From NCBI GenBank assembly GCA_964392785.1, contig CAYMRH010000005.1, positions 4,778-68,777 of the forward strand: a stretch of 64,000 nt of DNA. The letters run 5' to 3'. Under the pieces are notes generated by a model. The model searched no databases and was not told where the DNA came from. It saw only the letters and a list, made by a program, of their open reading frames with translations. The stretch is from an uncultured Brevinematales bacterium (GTDB lineage: Bacteria > Spirochaetota > Brevinematia > Brevinematales > JAOACQ01). Of this stretch, positions 55,608 to 64,000 are shown piece by piece (within the stretch, counting starts at the first letter, position 1; the number at the start of each line of letters is the position of its first letter). Position numbers and translations under genes: made by a program.

Positions 55608-57367
55608 GCGGCTGTCTCCCGGTTTCTCCGGAAGCCGGCCGTGAGTTCCCCGCGGATGAAATCCAGACGCAGGATGACGGATTCCATTTCCGACGCATCC
55701 AGGTCCCGGACGGCCCGGTTCACCCTGCCGGCGATCTCCTCCAGTTCGTCTTTCAGGAATCCCGCCTGGTAAGCCGGCGGGATCACGCGGTCTATTTTGG
55801 ACAGGATCGCGTCGGCTTTGGTTTTCAGGAGCAGCACCGTGTTCAGCGCGCCGCGTTTTTTTAAGTCGTCTTCAAAACTGCGCAGGTGTTCGTCGCGGAG
55901 CCGTTCCAGTTCCGTTTCCGACAGCCGTCCCCGCTGGCTGATGGATACGCTCTGGACGCTCTGGGTGTCCGCGTCCCGCGCCCTCACGCTCAGGATTCCG
56001 TCCACGTCCAGCTCGAAGGTGACCTCGATCCGCGGTTCGCCCTTGGGCGCCGACCGCACGCCCTCCAGCCGGAAATTTCCCAATGACACGTTGTTGGCCG
56101 ACTTCAGGCTTTCCCCCTGGAGGATGTGCACGTCCACGGATTTCTGCCGGTCGCACACCGTGGTAAACACCCGGCGCGCCACCGTGGGAACCGGGCAGTT
56201 GCGTTCGATGATGGGTACGAAATAGCCGTTCTCCACCTCGATGCCCAGGGACATGGGCGTGACGTCCACCAGCACGATCCCGTCCAGTCCGCCCTGAATG
56301 ACGGCGCCCTGGATGGCCGCGCCCCGAGCCACGACTTCGTCCGGGTCGATGCCGGTTTCCGGCTCCTTGCCGAACAGTTTCCTCACCGAATCACGGATGG
56401 CCGGAATGCGGGTGGAACCGCCCACCAGCACGATGCGGTCAACCTGCTTCGCGTCCATTCCGGCGTCTGACAGGGCCAGCCGGCACAGTTCGGTTGACCG
56501 AGCGATGTAATCCGCGATCATCCGTTCGAATTCGGCGCGGGTCAGTTCGAAATCCAGGGACTTGGGACCGCGCGCGTCCGCCGTGATGAACGGGATCCGG
56601 ACACGCGCGCTTTTCCTTTGCGACAGTTCGATCTTGGCCTGTTCCACGGCCTGGGAAAGCTTGACGACGGCCAGGGGGTCGGCGTTCAGGTCAATGCCCG
56701 TTTCTTCCTTGAATTTCTGCGTCACGATCCCGGCGATCCTCCGGTTGAAATCCTCGCCGCCCAGGGAATTGTCTCCCGCGGTGGACAGCACCTCGAAAAC
56801 GCCGTCCCCGACGGACAGGACGGACACGTCGAACGTTCCGCCGCCCAGGTCGTAAACCACGACGGAACGGTCGGCGCCTTCGCCGTCTCCGGATTGGATC
56901 CCGTAGGCGAGAGAGGCCGCCGTCGGTTCGTTCAGGATCCGCAGGACGTTCAGGCCGGCGAGCGAGCCGGCGTTTTTAGTGGCCTGGCGCTGGTTGTCGT
57001 TGAAGTAGGCGGGAACGGTGATCACGGCGTCCCGGACCGTTTCGCCCAGGAAGTCCTCCGCCCGGTCCCTGAGTTTCTTGATGATGTATGACGAAATTTC
57101 TTCCGGGGAATACGCGCGGCCGAACGCGGAATACTGGTGGTCCGTTCCCATTTTTCTCTTGACGCGGCGCAGGGTGGTTTCGGGGTGGGTCAGTTCCGCG
57201 CCGCGGGCCGATTCGCCGGCCAGCACGGCGTCTTCCAGTATGGTGACCACGGAAGGCAGGGTCCTGTTGCCCCGGCGGTCGGGGATCACTTCGGGTGTGC
57301 CGTCGTCTTTCAGGTATGCTACGGCGGAATAGGTGGTTCCCAGATCGATCCCGATGACCCTGGACAT
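55604..57367 (-). CDS. Hsp70 / DnaK-like chaperone (short paralogue)
   Basis: IGIDLGTT, TVPAYFND.QRQAT, NEPTAA.LAYG, DLGGGTFDVS; about 587 aa with a short lid. Confidence 0.9.
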   Translation of the reverse strand: MSRVIGIDLGTTYSAVAYLKDDGTPEVIPDRRGNRTLPSVVTILEDAVLAGESARGAELTHPETTLRRVKRKMGTDHQYSAFGRAYSPEEISSYIIKKLRDRAEDFLGETVRDAVITVPAYFNDNQRQATKNAGSLAGLNVLRILNEPTAASLAYGIQSGDGEGADRSVVVYDLGGGTFDVSVLSVGDGVFEVLSTAGDNSLGGEDFNRRIAGIVTQKFKEETGIDLNADPLAVVKLSQAVEQAKIELSQRKSARVRIPFITADARGPKSLDFELTRAEFERMIADYIARSTELCRLALSDAGMDAKQVDRIVLVGGSTRIPAIRDSVRKLFGKEPETGIDPDEVVARGAAIQGAVIQGGLDGIVLVDVTPMSLGIEVENGYFVPIIERNCPVPTVARRVFTTVCDRQKSVDVHILQGESLKSANNVSLGNFRLEGVRSAPKGEPRIEVTFELDVDGILSVRARDADTQSVQSVSISQRGRLSETELERLRDEHLRSFEDDLKKRGALNTVLLLKTKADAILSKIDRVIPPAYQAGFLKDELEEIAGRVNRAVRDLDASEMESVILRLDFIRGELTAGFRRNRETAA

Positions 57368-57449
57368 AATCGCCTCCGGACGGAAAATTCCCGATATCTT
57401 AATTTTCGGACAGATCGGGATTTTATCAAGAAATCGGAGGGCGGCGCCT

Positions 57450-60293
57450 TCAGTGCGCCCGGCTCCAGTTTGCCCCCGTGCCAATGTCCACCGTGAGGGG
57501 AATGTCCAGCTGATACGCGCTTTCCATGATATTTTTCAGGGCTGACCGAACCTTTTCCGCCTCGTTTTCGGGGCATTCCGCCACCAGTTCGTCGTGGATC
57601 TGGAGGATGAGCCGGGAGCGCATTTTTTCCCGGTCCAGCCAGTCCTGGAAACTGATCATGGCGATTTTTATGATGTCTGCCGCGCTGCCCTGGATGCGGG
57701 TGTTGAGCGCCATGCGCTGGGAGGCGGACATCTGGCCCGCGGCGGTTTCCTTGACCGGTTTGCCGTGCAGGTCCGGAAATTTTCTATAGCGGCCGGACAG
57801 GGTCCTGACCTCCCCGGTTTCGGACACGCCGCGAAGAACCTGTTCCACGAACCCGCGGACCTTCGGGAAACTTTTGAAATAGTTTTCAATGAAAATCCGC
57901 GCTTCCGTGACGGAAATGCCGATCTGCTTTGAAAGCCCGAACGCGGACTGGCCGTAGATAATGCCGAAATTGACCGTCTTGGCGCGCCGGCGCATTTCTT
58001 CCGTCACCTCTTTTTCCGGCACGTCGAACACGAGGGACGCGGTGTGGCGGTGGATGTCCAGGTTTTCAGTGAACGCCTTTTTCATGTTCGCATCGCCGCA
58101 GAAATGCGCCAGCACCCGCAGTTCGATCTGCGAATAGTCCGCGCTCACCAGCACGCATCCGGTGTCCGCCACGAACGCCTCGCGGATGCGGCGGCCGATC
58201 TCGTCCCGCACCGGAATGTTCTGGAGGTTGGGGTCGCTGGAGGACAGCCGCCCCGTGGCCGTGATGGTCTGGTTGAAACTCGTGTGCACGCGTCCGGTTT
58301 CGCCCCGGATCATTTCCGGGAGCGCGTCCATGTAAGTGCCCTTCAGCTTGGCGAGCGAACGGTAGGAGAGGATTTCCGCCGGCAGGGGGTGGACCGATGA
58401 GAGCGCCTGGAGCACTTCCTCGTCCGTGGAGTGCTTGCCGCCGTCGGTTTTTTTGACGCTCTCCAGCCCCAGTTCCTCGAAAAATATTTTTGAAAGCTGC
58501 TGGGGCGAATTGATGTTGAATTCCCGGCCGGCCAGGCGATAGATTTTGGCCTCCAAACCCTGGAGGGTCTTTTCTGTTTCGCCGGAAAGTTTGCCCAGGA
58601 AACCGGTGTCGATCTTCACGCCCGCGAGTTCCATTTTAGCCAGGACCGGCGCGAGCGGCTGTTCAATATTGTAGAGCACGTTTTCCAGCCCGTTCGGGGC
58701 GATGAGCGGCTCCAGTTTGTTTTTCAGCCGCAGGGCGGCGTCCGCGTCCGCGCAGGCGTATTGCGCGACGGCCTCAACCGGGACGTCCAGCAGCGTCATG
58801 TCTTTGGGTTTTTTGTCGCCCGCGTGTTCTTTCAGGATGTCGGTATAGGTGTTTTTGGCCGCGCCCAAATATTCCTGCACCAGGCTTTCCAGGTTGTTGT
58901 GCGTGCGGGTGGGGTTCAGAAGATAAGCCGCGAGCATGGTGTCAAAACCGATTCCGGAAAACGCGATCCCGATCTTCCCGAAAACCGCCGTGTCGAATTT
59001 CACGTTCTGGCCTGTTTTTTTTATGGATGGGTCTTCCAGCACGGGCTTCAGGGTTTTCAGCACTTCTTGGCACGAAAATTCCGTTTTCACGTCGTGCAGG
59101 AGGGGAATGTAAAACGCTTCGCCTTCCTTGAGACAGACGGAAATCCCGACAATGTCCGCCACAGCCGGGACGGTGGAAGTGGTTTCGGTATCGATGGAAA
59201 GAAATTTTTGTTTTTTGATTTCCGAAATAAGTTCTTCCAGTTCGGACCGCTTGGTCATGATGCGGTAATTGCCGGTGAAATCCCCGGCGGGTTTGGCCGG
59301 CGCGGGGGCTGTGTCCTCAAACAGGTTCTCGCGATGTGTTTTTACGGAGGCTTTTGCCGGAGCGGCCGATGTCGTGTCCCCGGAATCCGGCTTGCCGGAA
59401 GCAGGCTTCGCAGAGGCCAGCTTCTTCATGTCGTTGATGAGGGAAGTGAGCTGGTAATATTCCAGTTTATCCGTCACTTCCGGGTTGAGGAACAAAGACG
59501 GCTGGACCGGTTTTTCCACCTCGTCGTCGGGAATGTCCAGATCGCGGCGTATGACGGCGAGTTTTCTTGACAGATAGGCGTTGTCCCTGCTTTCGATGAG
59601 CTTTTTCTGGGCCGCGCCTTTTATGGCGTCGATGTGGGCGTAGATGTCGTCCAGGTCCCTGTACTGGCTTAACAGCGCCTGCGCGCCCTTGTCGCCTATG
59701 CCTTTCACGCCCGGGATGTTGTCGCTGGAGTCACCCGTAATGGCCAGGTAGTCTGCCACCTGTTCGGGCGTGACGCCCAGGGTTGCCTTCACCCCGTCCC
59801 GGTCCACGAGGTTGATCTCGGAAATCCCGTGCTGGGGACGGATGGCGAGAACGGTCCTGTCAACCAGTTGGAGCAGGTCCTTGTCTCCGGAGACAATGTA
59901 AACATCGTCGCTCTTTTTCCATTTTTCGGCCAGCGTGCCGATGATGTCGTCCGCTTCAAAATCCGGCATTTCGAGCACGGGGATGCCCATCTTGCGAACC
60001 AGGTCGATAACGATCGGGATCTGGGCTTTGAGATCCGGCGGGGTTTCCTGCCGCTGGGCCTTGTATTGTTCATAGATTTTTTTGCGGAAGGTGTCCCGGG
60101 ACAGGTCAAAAGCCGCCACCAGCACGTCGGGCTGGAAGTCGCGGATGATCTGGAGGAGGACTTTCAGAAAGCCGAAAATGGCGGAGGTGTTTTCCCCGCG
60201 CGTGGTGGTGAGGGGGCGGGATATGAAGGCGTAATACCCCCGAAAAATGAGGCCGGAACCGTCCAGAAGGAGGATTTTTCTGCGGGTCGGCAA
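57450..60293 (-). CDS. polA: DNA polymerase I
   Basis: 5'-3' exonuclease (LLDGS....R.Y, EADD.IG, GDSSDNIPGV), 3'-5' exonuclease (IDTETT), polymerase motifs (DYSQIELR, RR.AK..NFG..YG, QIHDEL); TTG start with AGGAG RBS. Confidence 0.97.
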   Translation of the reverse strand: MPTRRKILLLDGSGLIFRGYYAFISRPLTTTRGENTSAIFGFLKVLLQIIRDFQPDVLVAAFDLSRDTFRKKIYEQYKAQRQETPPDLKAQIPIVIDLVRKMGIPVLEMPDFEADDIIGTLAEKWKKSDDVYIVSGDKDLLQLVDRTVLAIRPQHGISEINLVDRDGVKATLGVTPEQVADYLAITGDSSDNIPGVKGIGDKGAQALLSQYRDLDDIYAHIDAIKGAAQKKLIESRDNAYLSRKLAVIRRDLDIPDDEVEKPVQPSLFLNPEVTDKLEYYQLTSLINDMKKLASAKPASGKPDSGDTTSAAPAKASVKTHRENLFEDTAPAPAKPAGDFTGNYRIMTKRSELEELISEIKKQKFLSIDTETTSTVPAVADIVGISVCLKEGEAFYIPLLHDVKTEFSCQEVLKTLKPVLEDPSIKKTGQNVKFDTAVFGKIGIAFSGIGFDTMLAAYLLNPTRTHNNLESLVQEYLGAAKNTYTDILKEHAGDKKPKDMTLLDVPVEAVAQYACADADAALRLKNKLEPLIAPNGLENVLYNIEQPLAPVLAKMELAGVKIDTGFLGKLSGETEKTLQGLEAKIYRLAGREFNINSPQQLSKIFFEELGLESVKKTDGGKHSTDEEVLQALSSVHPLPAEILSYRSLAKLKGTYMDALPEMIRGETGRVHTSFNQTITATGRLSSSDPNLQNIPVRDEIGRRIREAFVADTGCVLVSADYSQIELRVLAHFCGDANMKKAFTENLDIHRHTASLVFDVPEKEVTEEMRRRAKTVNFGIIYGQSAFGLSKQIGISVTEARIFIENYFKSFPKVRGFVEQVLRGVSETGEVRTLSGRYRKFPDLHGKPVKETAAGQMSASQRMALNTRIQGSAADIIKIAMISFQDWLDREKMRSRLILQIHDELVAECPENEAEKVRSALKNIMESAYQLDIPLTVDIGTGANWSRAH

Positions 60294-60445
60294 TGGGGCG
60301 CTCCTGAATGTTGTTGGTTTCATGTTAGCATGGAACGGGGGTTTTGGCGAGAGTATGCCAACCACTAAGCCACACAGGCACAGAGAACACAAAGGTTTAA
60401 TATGAATGAGGAAGGTATTGCGGTGGGCGGCAGGAGCCCCAGTCC

Positions 60446-60660
60446 CTATCCCCCGACCCTCGCTTTCAGTTCGCTCGCGTTCAGGCCGGCGGTGTCATAC
60501 AGGTTCTTGTAGCGGGCGTAGTAGGAGAGGATCTTCTTCAGGTAGTCGCGGGTTTCGGCGTAGGGGATGATCTCCAGGAGTTCCAGTTCGTTGGGAGGGG
60601 AGAAGCGGCGGTCCGTTTTGCGGATAATGCCTATGCCGCCGTTGTAGGACGCGAAGACAC
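60446..60660 (-). pseudogene. 3' fragment of a soluble lytic transglycosylase
   Basis: ASYNGG...IPYAETRDY.KKIL SLT C-terminal motifs; no catalytic N-terminal half or start upstream. Confidence 0.75.
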
Positions 60661-60684
60661 AAAGAGTTGGGAAGTGGATTGGTA

Positions 60685-60747
60685 AGAGTCGCAGAGGGCC
60701 CTCGGCCCGGCTCAGGCTCACTCTCGGGGCAGGCGCCGAGAACGCGG
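60685..60747. repeat. REP-like unit nested in a CGCAGAG-periodic repeat
   Basis: AGAGTCGCAGAG-[GGCCCTCGGCCCGGCTCAGGCTCACTCTCGGGGCAG]-GCGCCGAGAACGCGG. Confidence 0.6.
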
Positions 60748-60786
60748 AAATATTTTGGGTGGGAAGTAAGCGAAAAGGAGGTTTTC

Positions 60787-61782
60787 GTGCATATCGACAT
60801 GCTGGGCAAGAGCCTGGAAGAATTTTTACGGGACTTGACTGCACAGGGGGTTTCGGACCGTACGGTCAGGATCATGCGTTCCAGCGTCGGTCAGTTTATC
60901 GGATTCTTACGGAAGCGGGGCTTATCAGAAGCGTCCGGAATAACGCGGCAGGATCTTTCGGAATTCAGTTTCGGACTTTTGTCCCGTCAGGCGCGGAGGG
61001 GAAAATCCGTGGTTGCGGTTCCGTTCAGCGCCGCCAGCCGATGCAGCGTGCTTTGCGCCGTTAAGAGGTTTTTCCGGTTCCTGAAGATGACGGGTACGAT
61101 AGGAGAAAATCCGGCGTTGGACCTGCCCTTGCCGCGTATCAACAAAAAGATACCGCGAGAGACATTAACGCCGCAGGACGTGGAACAGATCGCGGATGCG
61201 GCAGACCGGAACCGGAAAATCGGTTTGAGAGACCGGGCCATCATCCTGACTCTTTATGCGACGGGGATCCGGTCGCCCGAACTGGCCCGTCTGAAAATTG
61301 ACGACATCGATTTTACCGGCCGATTTGTGACCGTCAGAACGGGGAAAAACGGGCGTTCCCGGACCGTGCCGATTTCCAGAACGGCGCTGGATGCTCTCGG
61401 GACATACCTGCGGCGGGCCCGACCACGCTTTTTAAAGAAAAGCGAGGCCGACGCCGGATTTGTCTTTCTGTCCATACGGAACACCGCGACAACCGGGACG
61501 CCGCTCGGAATAACGGCCATACTGGGACTGGTCCGTACGGTGGCGAAGAAAGCCGGCTTCCGGAAACGGATCGTGCCCCACAGTTTCCGCTACGCCTGCG
61601 CCACGCACATGATGCGAAACGGTGCGGACATCCGGTTTGTCCAGGAAATGCTGGGGCACAAGAGCCTGATGGCCACGCAGGGATACACGGAGGTCGTTAA
61701 AGGGGATTTGAAACGCGCGATCGCCCGTTATCACCCGCGAAACGACCGTCCGGCGGAGGGAAGGAGCGCCGTCCATGACTGA
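60787..61782 (+). CDS. Tyrosine recombinase (XerC/D-like) 1
   Basis: AAAGGAGG RBS and GTG; YATGIR, GK, PHSFR, LGH, TQGY catalytic set complete. Confidence 0.92.
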   Translation: MHIDMLGKSLEEFLRDLTAQGVSDRTVRIMRSSVGQFIGFLRKRGLSEASGITRQDLSEFSFGLLSRQARRGKSVVAVPFSAASRCSVLCAVKRFFRFLKMTGTIGENPALDLPLPRINKKIPRETLTPQDVEQIADAADRNRKIGLRDRAIILTLYATGIRSPELARLKIDDIDFTGRFVTVRTGKNGRSRTVPISRTALDALGTYLRRARPRFLKKSEADAGFVFLSIRNTATTGTPLGITAILGLVRTVAKKAGFRKRIVPHSFRYACATHMMRNGADIRFVQEMLGHKSLMATQGYTEVVKGDLKRAIARYHPRNDRPAEGRSAVHD

Positions 61783-62794
61783 AGGTTTTGAAACCATGCT
61801 GTCCGTTTATCTGCGCAACATGCGGGAGCGAAACCTGAGGGAAGCGACACGGGAAAAAGCCCGACAGGACCTGGCCAGGCTGTTTCCGTATCTTGAACAC
61901 ACTCTGGGGTTACAGGACCTCCGCTCGGTGAACGGCGGGCACCTGACGGCGTTCCGGGAACATCTTGCGAACGCGTTTCAGCGGCGCGTATTCCGAAACG
62001 GCATCCGCAGGCGGCTCAGCCGGAGGACGCAGACCGTCACTCTGGCCGAGACGAAGAGATTTTTCCGTTTTTTGGCCGGGCAGGGGCTTCTGGCCGCCAA
62101 TCCGGCGGAGGACCTGGAGATCCGCCGCGACCGGAACAGGATCCCGAGGAAAATCCTGACCGAATCGGAAGCCGGGAGGATCCTGAACAGGGCGGCATCG
62201 CGAAGCGTAAGGACCAGACACGGGATACTCCACCGGGCCATCCTAGAGCTTTTGTACGGAAGCGGGATCCGGAGTTCGGAACTGCGATTTTTGAAAATTT
62301 CCGACGCGGACCTGGAAAACGGACTGCTGTTTGTCAACGGAAAGGGGGGACGGGACCGTGTCGTGCCGATGACCACGCCTGCCCTCGTGGTCCTGAAGGA
62401 CTATTTATCCGGAGAGCGGAGGGAAATGGCTTCGCGAAAACCGGCGGAGGATAGGTTGTTTCTCATGGAAAACGGGAGGCCGTTGAAAAAATGGTATCTG
62501 GGCCGGATGATCGCCAAATACGCCAGAGCCGCCGGGATCTCCGATCCGGTTTCGCCGCATTCCTTCCGCCACGCCTGCGCGACGCACCTGCTGGCCCGCG
62601 GCGCCGCTCTGAGATACGTCCAGGAACTTCTGGGGCACGCCTGGATCTGCACCACGGAAATTTATACACACGTGTTTTCGAACACGTTGAAGGCGGTTTA
62701 TGAGAAAACCCATCCTCATTGCGTCAGCCGGAAGAAGCCGAGATCCGGCCGTCCGGGCGACGATCGACGACGGAAAACGGATGCGCAAAAATAA
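61775..62794 (+). CDS. Tyrosine recombinase (XerC/D-like) 2
   Basis: YGSGIR, GKGG.DR.VP, PHSFRH..ATH, LGH, TTEIY; 8 nt overlap with recombinase 1. Confidence 0.93.
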   Translation: MTEGFETMLSVYLRNMRERNLREATREKARQDLARLFPYLEHTLGLQDLRSVNGGHLTAFREHLANAFQRRVFRNGIRRRLSRRTQTVTLAETKRFFRFLAGQGLLAANPAEDLEIRRDRNRIPRKILTESEAGRILNRAASRSVRTRHGILHRAILELLYGSGIRSSELRFLKISDADLENGLLFVNGKGGRDRVVPMTTPALVVLKDYLSGERREMASRKPAEDRLFLMENGRPLKKWYLGRMIAKYARAAGISDPVSPHSFRHACATHLLARGAALRYVQELLGHAWICTTEIYTHVFSNTLKAVYEKTHPHCVSRKKPRSGRPGDDRRRKTDAQK

Positions 62795-62949
62795 CAATCA
62801 GTCCGTTTTACAAACGGTCCAACATCAGTTTAAAATGATGGCGGTCAACGGTCATAGGACTTGTGTGAAAAAGCCGGGATTTTCATCGCGTTTTCGCTGA
62901 AAGGCAACTCTCGGCATGGCCTGCAGTTAACCGGCCTGTAATTCAGGAC

Positions 62950-64000
62950 TGGTGGACCGGACATTATCGGGACCAGGAATCCAACCTCTATTACGCGAGA
63001 GCACGATACTACAACCCCGAAACCGGACGGTTCATTACCAGCGATCCCATAGCCGACCCGGAGAAGCGGTACTCACCCGCCGGACTCAACAGGTATATTT
63101 ACGGGTTGAACAACCCCACAGTATATTGGGACCCGAATGGGTTGTTCAGCATAGGATTCGGGCTTGTTCTCAGTTGGGACCCGGACCACGGATTTGGGAT
63201 AGGCGTCGGGATAGCGTTCAGTCTTTCCAAAGAATTCGGCGTGGAACTGTACGGCGGATATAATTTCGGCGACCAGTCTTACTCATTTAACGCCGGCGTC
63301 AACGTTAATTTGAATCTGTTTAATTATGTCAGTGTCAAGGTAGGATTGGGTTACGGGTATAATTCCGAGGACGGGCATAAATTCAACGCGTCCCTCGGGG
63401 CCAGCATCGTTAATTTCGGGGCTGAGATTGGAACGGAACAGACATGGTATGCGGACGGGTCGTACCGCGGGGGTTTGTCATACGCCAAGGCGTTCATAGG
63501 AAGCACCCAAATGCATGTGGGAGGTGGTTACCAGATCGGAACCGGGGTGTACTCGGGAGATACCGGATGGTTCATGGAAGGGAAAGTAGGCGGGCTTTCG
63601 GCCAAATTCCAGGAAAACGGGAAAATGACGTTTGGGGCGTTCGGGGTGAACGCTCAGGTTTACCAGGGTCAGTTCGCTCTGACGGGATTCAGGACCGAAG
63701 TGGGATACCGGTACGACTCCGGGAGCGGGCAAGGCGGCCTTTATTCCTCGACATGGAACAGCGTCATGGAGACTTATGAAACCCTGGTTTCCGCTTACAA
63801 ATACCTGACCAGAGATGCCGTGGCGAAGAAAATGACTGAAGAGCGGGTCAGGCCGAAATTGAGGAAGGATTACGAACAGGAAGCGTGGCGTAAAACCCTT
63901 GCGGAAGCGTATTACAGAGACTATATGACGGCCATGTGGCAGAGTCATACCGAACAGGAACGTCAAACTTACATGGCCGACAGGAGATTGCAGAAGGAAT
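62950..64000 (+). CDS. Orphan Rhs repeat-associated core plus C-terminal (toxin) extension; no start codon, runs off the window
   Basis: Frame +1, hand-translated: WTGHYRDQESNLYYARARYYNPETGRFITSDP...NRYIYGLNNPTVYWDPNG; no stop up to 64000; upstream in-frame TGA at 62866 with no ATG, GTG or TTG before the core. Confidence 0.88.

Noticed and set aside
60667-60786. N-terminal extension of recombinase 1 and 5' extension of the slt fragment ORF
   Set aside because: Both read through repeat DNA; a strong RBS marks GTG 60787 as the real recombinase start.
60787-62794. Housekeeping xerC/xerD or a RIT element
   Set aside because: Chromosomal xerC and xerD are normally unlinked, and RIT elements have three recombinases with terminal inverted repeats. 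Here there are two overlapping genes between a broken gene and an Rhs fragment, so no gene symbol was given.

Overview
A GC-rich (about 60% by eye) bacterial chromosome segment, most likely from a spirochaete, given a spiro-SPASM-type protein and a spirochaete-type coiled-coil protein. The housekeeping backbone is glnB, aqpZ, queH, serS, dprA, thrS-infC-rpmI-rplT, rnhC, murD and polA. Accessory content: (1) two tandem beta-helix lipoproteins, one with a G10 tract; (2) a beta-1,3-glucan phosphorolysis cluster (GH94 laminaribiose phosphorylase, cupin, GH161); (3) a 2 kb hotspot (21.8-23.9 kb) with an AT-rich orphan gene and a GIY-YIG nuclease gene, embedded in nested palindromic mini-repeats, two of which lie inside the nuclease gene; (4) an arsenic/mercury island in which the mercury-methylation genes hgcAB are coupled to acr3 behind a promoter carrying an ArsR-type operator that is also found at a second arsR; (5) at the right end, a truncated lytic transglycosylase, two tandem tyrosine recombinases and a start-less orphan Rhs toxin cassette that runs off the window. 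No rRNA, tRNA or CRISPR array was seen. All family assignments come from motif recognition by eye, not from database searches.
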